The notes under the pieces: generated by a model | Told to the model about the DNA's origin: nothing | What the model saw: only the letters and a program-made list of their open reading frames with translations | The model's database searches: none | DNA from: Eledone cirrhosa | Taxonomy: Eukaryota | Direction of reading: 5' to 3' | DNA length: 64,000 nt | NCBI GenBank assembly: GCA_964016885.1 | Contig: OZ024741.1 | Span: 44,578,001 to 44,642,000, forward strand | Program-made: the position numbers and the translations under genes | Shown: one piece after another, positions 25,701-39,232 of the stretch | How positions within the stretch are numbered: position 1 is the stretch's first letter | Layout: each line of letters starts with the position of its first letter

Positions 25701-26334
25701 GCAGCGACTCCGTTGGAGTGGTCACCTTGCCAGGATGAAGGATTCTAGAATACCAAAACAACTCTTCTATGGAGAGTTGGTTAAAGGAAAACGACCGCCA
25801 CATAAACCAAAAAAGAGGTATAAGGATTCCTTGAAGGCCTCTCTGAAAGACGCTAACATCTCTGCTGATACATGGGAAAATGTTGCTGCTGATCGTAATA
25901 AATGGAGAAAGACTGTATATGAGGGAAAAGTTGCCTTTGAGGCATCTCGAATCGCACACGAGAAAGTAAAGCGGGACGTGAGGAAGGGTATTGCTGTTGC
26001 ACTTCCAGACGGCGAGGGTCCTCCTATGTTTCTGACATGCAGCGTCTGTGCGAGACTCTGCCTAAGCAAAGCTGGACTCGAAAGTCATCTTCGCAGTCAT
26101 AAAGTAAGACCAGTGGTTGACTACCAGGCTGCTGTTGGAGATGCTACTCATCATGCTTGCCAAACATGTGGTAGAGAATGTAAATCAGCAGGAGGACTCA
26201 AGCGACATGCAAAAGTACACGAACTCCAACCACAGCCGACTATTCCCAGTAAATGTTTTGGTTGCCGACTCTGTGCAAGACATTTTGGATCATTGGCTGG
26301 GCTAAAAAGCCACATTCGATCGCAGCACTGTTAG
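22789..26334 (+). CDS. RTE retrotransposon polyprotein: AP endonuclease, reverse transcriptase and three C-terminal C2H2 zinc fingers (1181 aa)
   Basis: APE motifs WNVRTL, LSETR, VYAPT, GDFNA, LDY, TDH. RT motifs YRGISLL, VDLTKAFD, GVKQG, YADD. Fingers CSVC..HLRSH, CQTC..HAKVH, CRLC..HIRSQH. No stops. Confidence 0.97.
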   Translation: MMFQNNVNEIIGNLGSGTKKIIGNKGRGPKLSQPGPARHRAIVIEPNRAFSLGCWNVRTLLDRDSLERPERRTALVAKELRRYDLDIVALSETRLAGDGHLTEFCGEYTFFWKGRDEGTRREAGVGFAVKTVLVNKLEEFPVGIGERLMSMRVPLDKGRYATLVSVYAPTMNSVDEEKLSFYHALKGVLRNIPQADKVIVLGDFNARVGRDFNTWNVIGRHGVGKCNSNGMLLLQMCEELDLCVTNTMFQQKNKFKTTWMHPASKEWHLLDYVLVRMRDRQDVRCVRVLRGAECWTDHRLVRAKVNLITKRKIRAPGVTLPKRLNAARLKDKNVKRTLEEEMQAADLGEDWPTLKKSVYDVGRRVLGLVQRKHQDWFNEKDVHIDDLLADKRRALSRYLTARPQERNTLHEELRDVKSRVRRSLSQMKDQWWSEKAGEIQTASDCNNTKLLYSLLREVYGPSSSLVTPIRSEDGKELLRDSQGILRRWREHFDDLLNQPSVVSEDFLNLIPESPVKVALAEPPTLVEVAVAISKLNSGRSPGMDGIHAELLQYGGERLLQHLHSLFGRIWANESVPEDWRDAVMVVLYKGKGNRNDCGNYRGISLLSVVGKVLCRVLLDRLLTHIADCVLPESQSGFRVGRGTTDMVFSARQLQEKCIEQGLDLYQVFVDLTKAFDTVNRDALWRVLQKLGCPDKFLALVRSFHDDMKAWVNVGGSVSEPVSVKNGVKQGDIPAPTLFAIYFAMVFCIAFRNCEHGVYIRYRTSGSIFNIRRFAAKTKVFTSVIRDLLYADDCDLVAHTESDMQHILNVFSDACTALGLTVSLKKTVVMYQPAPGRQYTEPNIYVYGKRLGVVDQFVYLGSTVNRYGNLDSEISLRIRKASDAFGKLERRLWGRRDICRRTKVKVYRACVLSCLLYACETWVTYRRHLKQLERFHQMCLRRIHGVRWRDHISDVEILESSMCDSIEALVLKQRLRWSGHLARMKDSRIPKQLFYGELVKGKRPPHKPKKRYKDSLKASLKDANISADTWENVAADRNKWRKTVYEGKVAFEASRIAHEKVKRDVRKGIAVALPDGEGPPMFLTCSVCARLCLSKAGLESHLRSHKVRPVVDYQAAVGDATHHACQTCGRECKSAGGLKRHAKVHELQPQPTIPSKCFGCRLCARHFGSLAGLKSHIRSQHC

Positions 26335-26457
26335 TTGCTATCGTGTGTTTGTGTGTGTGTGTGTGTGTGTGTAGATATGCTTATGTGCGTGCGTGTGTGT
26401 GTATATATATATGAATATGTATATTATTATTGTTGTTGTCGTTATTATTATTATTGC

Positions 26458-26553
<96 letters not shown>

Positions 26554-27000
26554 TGCAATGGCCATACTCGATAACGAGGGGGCAGCCATCATATACAAGA
26601 TATGAATATTTGTGCACACGTTCTGTTGCAATAAATGCAGTGAAGCTCTCTAATAAATCAGTCCATTTATTTCAGAATCTTTTTTTCTTCTCTAAGTCTT
26701 TTCACGACTTTATATATGTTTTACTTACTGCTTGATAACATAATGATATTGATATTCCACAGTGGGGTAAAGTCGTTTCAAACATTCGTAAGAACGGTAA
26801 ATAACATAGTATGAGCGCTAAGCCGAAATGCGTCTGAAACTCTAACTAATGAACCATAATGATATCATCCAAACATATACAAGACAAGAAGGGCATATAC
26901 ATATATAGATGTCTAGCTATCTGCCTGGCTCTCCCCCTCTCCCACTCTTTCTCTTTCTTTCCCTCTCTCTCTCTCTCTTTGTAAATATATATATATCTAT

Positions 27001-27032
<32 letters not shown>

Positions 27033-27131
27033 GCATATATATATAAACATATACATATTTATGTATATACATATGTATATACATCTCTCTCACTTTCTCT
27101 CTCTCTCTACACACACATACATATATATATA

Positions 27132-27231
<100 letters not shown>

Positions 27232-27811
27232 CATAATTATATATACATTTGTATATATACATATATTCATTTATATATATATATATATATTCGTATATAT
27301 ATAAATATATATACAAATGTATATATTTATTTATGTATTTATGTATGTGTGTATTTGTGTATAAAAATAGGTTAAATAATAGATAAAACAAACATTACAA
27401 AAGATCGGAATAGTCGAACCCAAAACGAGAACTAATGATCGCATAAATACAAAAGAAAAACCAAGATTAAAGCCATAACTACTCGATAGTGAAAGACCAA
27501 AAAATAATAATAAATAGATATAAATAAAATATAAAAAAATCGGAAACCTAATGCCACTCATCGATGAACTGGTGGTGATTTTTCATTAGTTATTGATGAG
27601 TGGGTATATATTTATAAGAAACGAAAGGAAGGAGAGGAGGAAAAAACACGACTTTTACGCTAGACTAATTATTGGCATGAACTGTTTCAATGAGGTGAAA
27701 CATGGATGATAAAACGGCTGTAATATTGCCTATTAACGAAGATATTCAATACTCACCGACATAACAACCTATGTGTATATATATGTGTATATACACGTAT
27801 ATATATATATT

Positions 27812-27894
<83 letters not shown>

Positions 27895-27969
27895 ATATAC
27901 ATATATATACATATACATACATATATATATATGTGTGTGTGTGTGTATGTGTATATATATATATATATA

Positions 27970-28023
<54 letters not shown>

Positions 28024-28095
28024 TATGTATGTGTGTGTGAGCGTATTTGAGTGTGTGGGTGTGTGTATGCATGCATAGATATATTATATATCATT

Positions 28096-28280
28096 TGGAT
28101 TGGCAGAATCGGTAGAGGGTCGGACACCATCCTTTGCCGCATACAGTTACGGCCCTTTATGATCTGAGTTCAAATCCCGTCGAGGTTAACTTTGCCTTTC
28201 ATCCTTATGGGGTCGATAAAATAAAGTACCAGTAATACATGGTTAATTGCTGGCCTTGTGCCAAAAGTAGAAACAATTAT
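28096..28280 (+). mobile_element. tRNA-SINE family A
   Basis: A box TGGCAGAATCGG, B box GAGTTCAAATCCC, core and tail. Confidence 0.9.
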
Positions 28281-28289
28281 ATTGACATC

Positions 28290-29200
28290 TGCTGGGCTGC
28301 CAATTTTCACTACTGTGCGTACCTTCCTTTGCCTGTCTATTCATGCCTGGTCTGTTATCTTCGTATTTTATTGCGATTTTGACGAGAACATTCGACCAGT
28401 ACTCTTTCATATTATGTATATGCCTCCACATTGCTGTAACTCTTATATGTATATTTTCAGCACTGTCCTTTTCAACGGATTGCATGTACAGTGTTTTGGC
28501 CATTTTGTGATGACATATTTCGACAGCAGCTTATGATGTGGGCTATATCTTGGATGATTATTCCGTATGATCTGCATCTGTTGTAAAATTTCGGTATTTT
28601 GTCTATATCCCTATCTTTTGTGTGTTTCAGGTATTTGTTGGTATTTCATGTACTTGGATTACATTAGCTTATTCAAGGTCAGAGCCAATATACCGGTTGT
28701 GTGTCCAAGATAGAATAATTTGCTTAACTATATCACACTCGCTTTGAAATTTTCTGTCAACATAGACATGAAATAGTTTACTCTGATAAGTATGCAGCGT
28801 TTCATCCACAGATATAGTCCAAATGTTGATGTTAGAAGAGGCACAGGACACACATTGGAGATCACTGATTTATTGTGGTCAGAAAGTGCAGAAGATCATA
28901 TTATTCTCATTCGGGTGTTTTCTTCAATGGTTACTCCTCCAGGATATATTTTCGTCTATCCCTAAGTATATGTAGCAGTTGTAGTCAGATACTAATGAAA
29001 CAGTCCAGCCTTTCATAGAAATTATTCTAGATTGGTTTGTATGTTTTCCTCGCTTTACAATCATAAATGAACATATATCCTATTCAAACTCCATTCCTAC
29101 ACATTTCGAGAGTGTCGTAACCAGGTCAAACTTTTCTTCTTCATACCATTTATAATATAGGCATAACATGTCAAGTCATCCACAATTAAACCGTGTTAGG
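28290..29200 (-). mobile_element. Highly decayed non-LTR element, possibly R4/Dong (RLE) type
   Basis: Minus-strand remnants VGMEFE*DIC (cf. IGMEFGLDKC), YIYLG and IAHIISCC (cf. HIISGC zinc knuckle) in the expected order. Confidence 0.45.
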
Positions 29201-29400
29201 TTTGTGATTCTGACCTCCTGTGAGCCAATCTCGTATCATTCATATGTCACTCAGCACTTTAACATGTCGAAGGGCTTCTAGAATCCAAGAAAGGAGAACA
29301 GAACCGAATGATTTCCTGTAGTCCAACCAGACAGTAATTAAGTTCCTCCGATGCAGGTGCATCTCTGCCATCGGGGTTTTGTTAACTTAGTTGTTAACTA

Positions 29401-30323
<923 letters not shown>

Positions 30324-30331
<8 letters not shown>

Positions 30332-30852
30332 TATAGAGAAAAATACTGCAGGTAGCACATGGATAACATGTAATAAAATAAGTCCCTCATCAGTGATTTG
30401 CCGAAGATCATAGATATTTCATTGCATTAAAAATCATATATCTCACGTCGGTGCAATAATAACCAAAATAAGTTATTAGGACAATTAAAACGCGTAAAGC
30501 GAGTGAGACAGGAGAACAACAAAGAGTATAGCTAACCGTAGGGGAAAGAAACAAGCTTCAAAAATTATTCTGTTTAGCATAAGCTAGGTGAATATATGAG
30601 CGCTTAGAGAATAGATCCTACACGAGCGAAGGCTATGAGCAGAGAGAGAAAAATAGCGTTCGTGGTGTGCAGGATGAAATGAAGAGAAGAGAGAGAAAAA
30701 CAGTGAGTGAGTGAAAGTGTGAGGAAGAGTTAACGGACATGACAGAGGGGGAGAAACAGAGAGAATGGGGGAACAGTAAGAGAGAGAGAAAAAAACACAG
30801 AATCGCAGTGGTAAATATATGTATTAAAATATAGAGAAAAATACTGCAGGTA
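30324..30852 (-). mobile_element. S-family non-coding element with 31-bp terminal direct repeat (period 498 bp)
   Basis: TATTAAAATATAGAGAAAAATACTGCAGGTA at 30324-30354 and 30822-30852. Body is a diverged homologue of 17233-17843 and 47913-48340. Confidence 0.75.
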
Positions 30853-31319
30853 ATATATATATATATATATATATATGTATAATCCATTTTTTATGCTAAA
30901 AAAAGTGTACATGAAATCGTATTGAAAAAATGAGAAAATCAACACAGTTCATATAGGATATTTGATTTTAACTAACGTTTGCGTTAATATTTTCCGGTAA
31001 AACACGGATAAGTGCTTCTGATTCTTATATATGTGCTTTTTATATGTATCATAAAAATAAAAGTTTTAGGATTTGGGGATTTGTTTCTGTATTTCTGTAT
31101 TTGTTGGAAAGGAATATAAAACACGGATTTAGGAACTATTTACTCAATAGTAATTTAGATTTCCCAACGATCGTCGACAAATCTGATAGGTTTCATTTGA
31201 CTAACGGTCTGTAAAATATTCTTTATGAAATGTTTTGCTCAAAAACATTTCGGCTTTACGCATGAATATATACGCTGAAACATAAATGATATAATTAAGT
31301 CACTCTCACTCTCTCTTTA

Positions 31320-31435
<116 letters not shown>

Positions 31436-34400
31436 CATACACAATACACACGCACAAACATACACACACACATACGCACACACACAAACACACATCGTAT
31501 GAACCGAAAATTGCCTAACAGAAGTACATTGTGTTGGTTTGTTCGGAATGTGTCCTCATAAGTATACATCCGTTATGAGATGTAAATAATTTGCTACAGA
31601 ATTGAATAACAATGATATTAAAACAGAGACTAAGTTACATCATTTCATGGCTCCTACACTTGTTTCAGTCAACATGCTTGTTATGCGTGTTTTTAAAAAA
31701 TAGCATGCTAAATTGCAGAATTGCGTTTATGATTCTATATAACAAGTTATTCAAAGCTTATTCTTTTTCTCAAGGAAGCTTTGCAAATTACTTTAGTCAT
31801 AGCACCTCTAGTCATTACATTGTTCAGACTGGTGGGCATGGCTATACTTACAAGTAAGAAGTTTAACACTGGATAAGATAAAGAACCTAATAAAAATATA
31901 AAGAAACTATAACAATAAAACCATATACACTAGAAACCTTCTAGTGTAAGTAAAATGACTGTAATTGAGGTGTGAGGGGAAGGTGGTTTGTATAATTTTC
32001 TTGTAATTGATTTCAGCGATTCCTGGAAGAATAAATGGTAAAGATTACCTTGGCGAGATTTGAACTCAGAAATTAAAGTGTCAAGATTTTTCCTACTCCT
32101 GCCATCGGTTGCCTTGCACGTTTTGTCTTGTTAATTTTTCATGGATAGCCTGCTCATCAGTTTTTAATATTATTATTATCGAATTCTTACGCTATTGTCA
32201 TAATTCATGTTTTCGTAAGTTGTATTGGTTGTATCCTATGTCAGATGTGACATTTATGTTTATGGAAGCAGAGTTTCTCGAAGATCTACACACTTGAGGT
32301 ACAAAAATAACGTCGGATTTGGAAATAATAAGGATATATACACAAGAGCGGATCATACACTAGAAAATGTTAAGATAATTCCAAGAATAAATAATATATT
32401 AGACACAAATAACATAAGTATTGGCAATAGTAATAACATGTGGAAAACGTTTCTCAGTCATATAAGCACTATAGAATAATAAACAATCCTTAGGTTTAAC
32501 TTTCTTACTCAGCAGTACCTAGCCTAGCAGGGGATTATTTTATGCTGATTATTTTATGCTGTTCGCATGATATTCTTTGAACATTCTATAAAATCTTTTG
32601 TGAATACTACACTTTGCTGTATCTCAAATTAAATACAACACAGTTATTCAAATAGTATGCACCAATCAAAACAATTGTGTTGTTGACATGGCATAGAACT
32701 AAGCATTAATCAATTGAAAAATATTTAAATACAAGAATGAGTGAACATGTATATTTAAATATTCACGCCTACATATTCAGGGCGTGAATAATTATTCGAT
32801 TTTTTTATGTTGTTTTTAATGAGTTTATCAATATATAATATTGTTCTAATTTCAGAGTAACTCTTGTGTTAACGAGGCTTTCCTTGACATAATTACTTGA
32901 AATATATAAAAGAATTATTAAATATGATTTCTAAACATAAAATGTTTACATACTTTTATTTATTTAACTCGATTTCAAGCTAGATTACTTCAGCATATTC
33001 AGTGTAAATAAGTTTGTGTGTGTCAATTGTTCATCATTCTAACACCACAGTGATTAAAACTCTGTATTAGTGTAATAATTAATTGTCATGGGAAATATTA
33101 TAGGCCATTTTGTTCATGTGTAACAATTGCTATACATCTGTAAATTTGCTCGAAATGGAGCAGACCTGGGCATCCTTTTTGTGAAAGGCCAGTAGTCGTT
33201 CATCCATGATACGGATGTTGTCCAAAGGAAATGCAAAAGCAGCCGATAGAACTTGCCAACAGAGAAACCACAAAATATCTCTTATGCTGCCCAAACAGAT
33301 CTGCTTGGGTTGGTTTACTATCTATCGATACAGAACAGATTAAAAGGCAAAGTTGTCTTCGGCGGTATGCAAACTTGGGGCACAATCAGCAAGAAGAATT
33401 AGTACGTGTTTTAATCCAATTTTCTAACCACTCTGTCAATTCTATATCTATATATGGAAACTATGTGATCATAAAATAATGTATAAATACGTATATAAGA
33501 GCAAATAGTTTAAATAAATTTCAGAAACCTACAATTAATATTTGGACAATAAATTATTATATATTCACAATAGACACAAATTAGTCAACAACATTATACG
33601 GATGATGAAACGCAATATTGATTTCTCATAAATATTGGTAAATATTGATAATAATTAAATATATTTGACAAGGTTATAACATTGTGTAGGTTATAACATT
33701 GAAATATCAATGTTATAACCTACACTACTATGTGAAATAATAAATATGTTGCCCTAGATTTCTCCTAAGTAGAGGAAAGCAAACTTGGAGAATTTTACGT
33801 TTTCCTTTAACCACCAAATACCTCTAATTGTAACAAGCTTCAATTTTCTATGTTGTTCAATACGTTTGGCTTTGATTTAGCCTAGATCCTCAGTGATATT
33901 ACAACATTTCAGTTAGCCTGGTTCTATATTACATTTAAAGCTCAGTAAGTGGTAAATAGTCATATCCGTGGCAATCTCCTTGCCTACAAAACCAATGGGC
34001 GAAAGTGACGATGAAAGCTAGTAGTATACATAAAGTGCATATGATACAATAGGCCTTGGCATATATTTTGAAATGATTATGAAAATATTTACAAACTAGT
34101 GAATGCAAATACGAATGACATGTCAACTGGGGATTAAGAAACGATATATTAGGTATAGAAGAGATTAAACTATTCACAGTGAGGCTAATGTTATGTTTAT
34201 TATAGGTAAAAGTATTGAAAATGGGGTCATATAGCCTTTATTCTCAACAACAGTGTGTTAGTAATATCGCTAATTAATAATAGACGGTCAAAGTTGCATA
34301 TCATACTATATAAATAATTCTACAGTAAAAGAGTACGTTTACAAAACCTTTAAGATTTTCCATAATTCAAAATCCAGTCTTTAGTAAGCGAGTGATGCCG

Positions 34401-34562
34401 AACTAAAATAGCAGAGAAATACATTCCATTCATTTAAGACGATGCCGTTGTTGCTGAGACATGGTCGCAGCGTAAAGCAGACTGAGCTAGATGAAATGTA
34501 TGTTTATTAAGCGTAAACATATTGTAATGCGTCCATATGCGCCTTTATTATTAAGTATAACA

Positions 34563-34764
34563 TAGGGGCTGTGGATTGGCAGTATCGGTAGAGGGTGGGA
34601 CGCCATGCTTTGCAGCAAAGAGTTATGGCCCTTTATGGTCTGAGTTCAAATCCCGCGGAGGTTAACATTGCCGTTCATCCTTACGTTACGGGGTCGATAA
34701 AATAAAGTACCAGTAATACACAGGGAAAATTGCTGGCCCTGTGCCAAAATTAGAAACAATTATT
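34563..34764 (+). mobile_element. Full-length tRNA-SINE family A with TSD
   Basis: A and B boxes, core, and 16-bp direct repeat ATTATTAAGTATAACA at 34547-34562 and 34759-34774. Confidence 0.92.
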
Positions 34765-35514
34765 AAGTATAACAAAGTAACAAAATTGCTGGTATTAATT
34801 TCTAACATATTCTATTACTTATGCCATGTAAGCCTCTCTGCTCTTGGGTATTTACATGGATATTTGTTAATATATTAGTGATGCTTGTGTTAGCATCATC
34901 ATTACGCGAGTGCAGTTATATACGTGTTTCTATGTATAAGTCTGCAATGTTTGGTGCGTATGCACGTACGTGCATGTGATTTAGTTCAGAAATAATCAAT
35001 GGATTTAAGTACTGTTGTCTGCAAACCCGATAGCATCATGCAAATCTATTAACGTAATCTGTTCATTTCTCATTAACTACGAAAAGACACATTCTTCAGA
35101 CTGACATTTATTTAACTGATTATTATATCTATTTGATATAATTGTCTACAACAGCTGAACCTACAATCTGACATATTCAGATTATTTGTTTTCTCTCATT
35201 GAAACACAAAATAGCGTATTCTTATCGCATGAATCACGAATAAGTGTGACTACAGACACGAATTATTCCAAACCAATAATTGGTAGAAACATGGAGAGTT
35301 ATTCAAAACGTCACAAGCTTTTAAGCCATCCAAAAGGACATGTTACATATCTGTGTGCTTAATAACCCTCACTCTAACCACTTTTCAACCATATGCTTCC
35401 AAATTCTATACTCCTCGTGGCATTCTCGCCGACAGTTTTCACTAAAATGTATTGAAATTGGACAAAAACATACACACACAATCACAGGCACACAGACACA
35501 CGCACAGATATATG

Positions 35515-35671
<157 letters not shown>

Positions 35672-35729
35672 ATGTACGTGTGTGAGTGTGGGTGTGTTTG
35701 TATATGTACGTGGTGTGTATGTATATATT

Positions 35730-35828
35730 AGGTTGACTTTGCCTTTCATCCTTACGGGGTCGATAAAATAAAGTACCAGTAATGCACTGGATAATTGCTG
35801 GCCTTGTGCCTAAAGTAGAAACAATTAT
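35730..35828 (+). mobile_element. SINE A 3' half
   Basis: Family core and tail. Confidence 0.85.
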
Positions 35829-35943
35829 ATACATTATATAAAGTGCGAGAATTTCTAAAGAAAAAAACTGTAATGCATAATTCAAGAAAACTTATACAAA
35901 TATCATCTTCCATCCAAAACTAAACGGGAGGATTTTTATAAAA

Positions 35944-36040
35944 TATAATTGTTTCTACTTTTGGCACAAGGCCAGCAATTAACCAGTACATTACTGGTAC
36001 TTTATTTTATCGACCCCGTAAGGATGAAAGGCAAAGTTAA
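35944..36040 (-). mobile_element. 5'-truncated SINE A with probable 12-bp TSD
   Basis: Reverse-complement core and tail flanked by ATAAAATATAAT on both sides. Confidence 0.85.
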
Positions 36041-36066
36041 TAAAATATAATGTATATAAAATATAG

Positions 36067-36097
36067 TTCACAAACATTAATAAACTCATAAGCATCC

Positions 36098-36152
<55 letters not shown>

Positions 36153-36192
36153 ATATATGCAAGATGCTTATGAGTTTATTAATGTTTGTGAA
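36067..36192. repeat. Inverted repeat centred on a (TA)n tract
   Basis: 34-bp arms 36067-36100 and 36159-36192, one mismatch. Confidence 0.9.
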
Positions 36193-37831
36193 TTTTACTT
36201 ATGCAGTACACAGAATGTTGCCGAACGGTCATAAAATGTCACTGTACAATTGTCATTTCCCGACATCCCATAGCATTAGGTCTAACCAATCCTTGAAAAT
36301 GAAATTTAGCCGAATGAAACATTAGAACACTGCGGGTTGATTTAAAGGGTCAGCTTTGTCACGCTAAATCTCTTCAAAGATTAATTTATGGTTACACCAG
36401 CCTGAGAAATACTGAGTCGTGTTCACAGTAATTTAGTGAGCAGGCTGTTCTGTTGATCAAAGAAATATAAAAATCATCCAAGAAATAGAAAAACCCATTC
36501 GATTTAATTCCATACATGCACGATGCTACGAAACCTAACACTCTTTTTCGGAGAATTTTGCATTAAATGAAGTTAAAATACAAACTGAAGTGAACCCAAC
36601 GTGAAAAATATTTGTTCATCGTAACTCACAATATCATACACATTCATTGTATTTTCAGTGAATAGATTCTGTCATTCGTTTCTGGATGAAAATAGCAATT
36701 ACTGAAACAATCTTTTAGTTTCTCTATATATATATCTTACTTGTTTCATCTAAAATTATATACAGGATTCAACTGAATTAATTTGCCAAATAGTTAGAGT
36801 GAAACAAAAACTGTTAAAATAATCTTAACCGTCTTGCTATTTTAGTTGTAATGTATTAGGAAATATTTTATTATCAACAAAAGCAATTAACACTTGAGAT
36901 AAAACGATTATCAAATGGATTGGTGTGCAATAAATACAAACATTTTATGATGTAGATCAAAGATCAGAAAGAGAAAAAAAATGTTGTCTCTATAACTACA
37001 TATTTATCGAATATTATACTTATATAAACAATAAAAAATGCATATAAAAGAAATTAAAAAAATAATCTGGTGAATAGTAATATATTGTATTCAGTTTCCG
37101 CTCCATGTTCCATTATTTTACGCATTATATAGCCTGGTGCTGCCTAGCAATTGTTCATAAGTGAGATAATATCTTGAAATTAAAGACATTGCTTTCGCAA
37201 ACAACACGACATTGAAGAAAGCAGTCGTGCGATTAGGTTTATTGAATACAATTCAGAAAGCAACGGTCATACAAATTCTTTGTCTTCAACTTTATTGGAA
37301 GTAAGTTATGCTTGAATATGTATTGGTATGAATATGTAATTGTCCTTTTTTCTTCTCGCACAATTTCATGGAATAACCTCAGATAATACACTGGCATGTG
37401 GTATATATATATATTCAAGGAAAAAATTATTGTGTTAAGAAAATAATAGAAATCTATATGTTAGTCATTTTCTTTATGTTAAAAAAAATATATATTTCCT
37501 ACCTTTTAATACATTATTCAGAAAACATATGAAGAAATCAATATATAAAATATTTACTCCGGAGAAAATCACTCAATTATTTCTTTCATATATTTCTCAA
37601 ACATATTGATGCACCGAACAAGAAATCATCGATTGATAAAATTTTAATATTTCTATTTTTATTTTTTCAATAGCTTAGTGAACAACACACGATGGTTTGA
37701 AACCTCAATACACTAGAAACGGGAAAAATATTTCATAGAATGCAATGTTAAAAATATAATTTAAGTACTTTATACATACATGTATATATATATATATGTG
37801 TGTGTGTAAGTGTGCTTATATATATATATAT

Positions 37832-37863
<32 letters not shown>

Positions 37864-38447
37864 TGGAAGTACGTCGGTTTCGACGATGAGCGTTCAATTT
37901 CTTCGATCTACAGAACAGCCTGGTTGTGGAGTTAACGTGTAAGTGTCTGAGCTGGCTCCTAATTCTCATGGTGATTCAGTGAGACAGACTATGTTATAAG
38001 GATAACCCTTTGTATTAATGTTCATTCTATCCAGATTTATATTCTGGGGACGCGGGACACTTCAGATTTGGAAGCTCCTCATACACAAAAATAAATAGAA
38101 TACCCCGCAATTTTACATACGAAAGTTAGATTGGCGCAAGCAATTGGAATTTAAAAAATATACATACAGGTATTAAATTAAAAAGTGCTAACCATCCAAA
38201 AATTAAAAAGCCCAGCTGAGGGTACAAATAATTCGCTATGGCCGTCGCTGGTGCGGCCCCTCACTGCGGGATCTCTGGGGCAATAGGTCCCTTTTAGCCT
38301 CATTTAATACGGCGCTGATTCCATGCAAACAGTTACAGTCTCTACACAATTTTACTCACAAAACTTGGGTCGACTCTTGGCTATAGTAAATGACACATAC
38401 ACGATATCAAACAATAGGATCGAATCACCTATTATTATACAGAAGCA

Positions 38448-38670
38448 TGGGGGCGGTGAATTATCAGTGTCGGCAGATGGTCGGACACCATGCTTTGCAG
38501 AATAGACTTACGGCTCTTTATGATCTGAGTTCAAATCCCGCTGAGGTTAACTTTGCATTTCATCCTTACGGGATCGATAAAATAAAGTACCAGTCACGCA
38601 CTGGGATCGATTTAATCGACTTTCCCCTCCCCCAAAATTGCTGGCCTTGTGCCTATATAAGAAACCGTTA
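38448..38670 (+). mobile_element. Full-length tRNA-SINE family A (long variant)
   Basis: GGGGGCGGTGAATT head, B box, core, and GATCGATTTAATCGACTTTCCCCTCCCC segment. Confidence 0.88.
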
Positions 38671-38994
38671 TACAAAAGAATGTAATTTAATCACGTTACT
38701 TTTTTGACTTTAGAAACAGTATTCTTCTTGTACGCAAACCGGTTTATACACAAATAAATAGGTTATTTACAATCATTCGTTTGTCGATGTTTTCGATGAG
38801 GAAACCAGTTTCCGGCTGGCACCTGGGCAACGCAAAATAGTTCCTCCTTGACGATGTGCGACGGTATCATACTCATCACCAGATCCCATGTAACTGACAG
38901 CAGGGACACTACTGCTATTCTTTCTCGGTGTTACTTCTCATAGATGAACATAACGCAGACACACACACACACACACATATGCATATATATATAT

Positions 38995-39232
38995 AAAGAG
39001 AGAGGTAGAATACTGGAAGGTAATATCCGTAGTAGTAGAGCACTCAGTCCATGGGACGAGTTTGATAGAAGTTGTAATACAACAGTTAGTTCACCATACC
39101 GAGAATAATTGTTTCACCTTAAGCGAATCTTCAGCTCGGACTGGTAAGGGTTATACGGAACAGGAAGAATCCACTTAAGGTGAAACAATTGTTCTCTGTA
39201 TGGTGAACTAACTGTATGGTGAACTAACTGTT
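38995..39232. mobile_element. Older asymmetric inverted PLE-type insertion
   Basis: Diverged arms about 39081-39131 and 39163-39215; left extension runs to (TA)n. Confidence 0.6.
39099..39139 (-). ncRNA. Minimal hammerhead motif
   Basis: CCGAG-CTGAAGA-ttcgcttaaggt-GAAAC-AATT-ATT-CTCGG. The other arm has GAAAC-AATT-GTT. Confidence 0.6.

Larger units (their letters stand above)
21202..26590 (+). mobile_element. Full-length RTE-clade LINE insertion including about 1.2 kb of additional 5' sequence
   Basis: Perfect 14-bp TSD ATATACAAGATATG at 21188-21201 and 26591-26604, intact ORF, RTE-type 5' UTR motif CTAGGAGAAGG, 3' stem-loop CTCG-ATAA-CGAG. Confidence 0.85.

Noticed and set aside
27363-27770. 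Possible further PLE pLTR on the minus strand (GAAACAGTTC motif)
   Set aside because: No recoverable core or homologous copy in the window; too weak to call.
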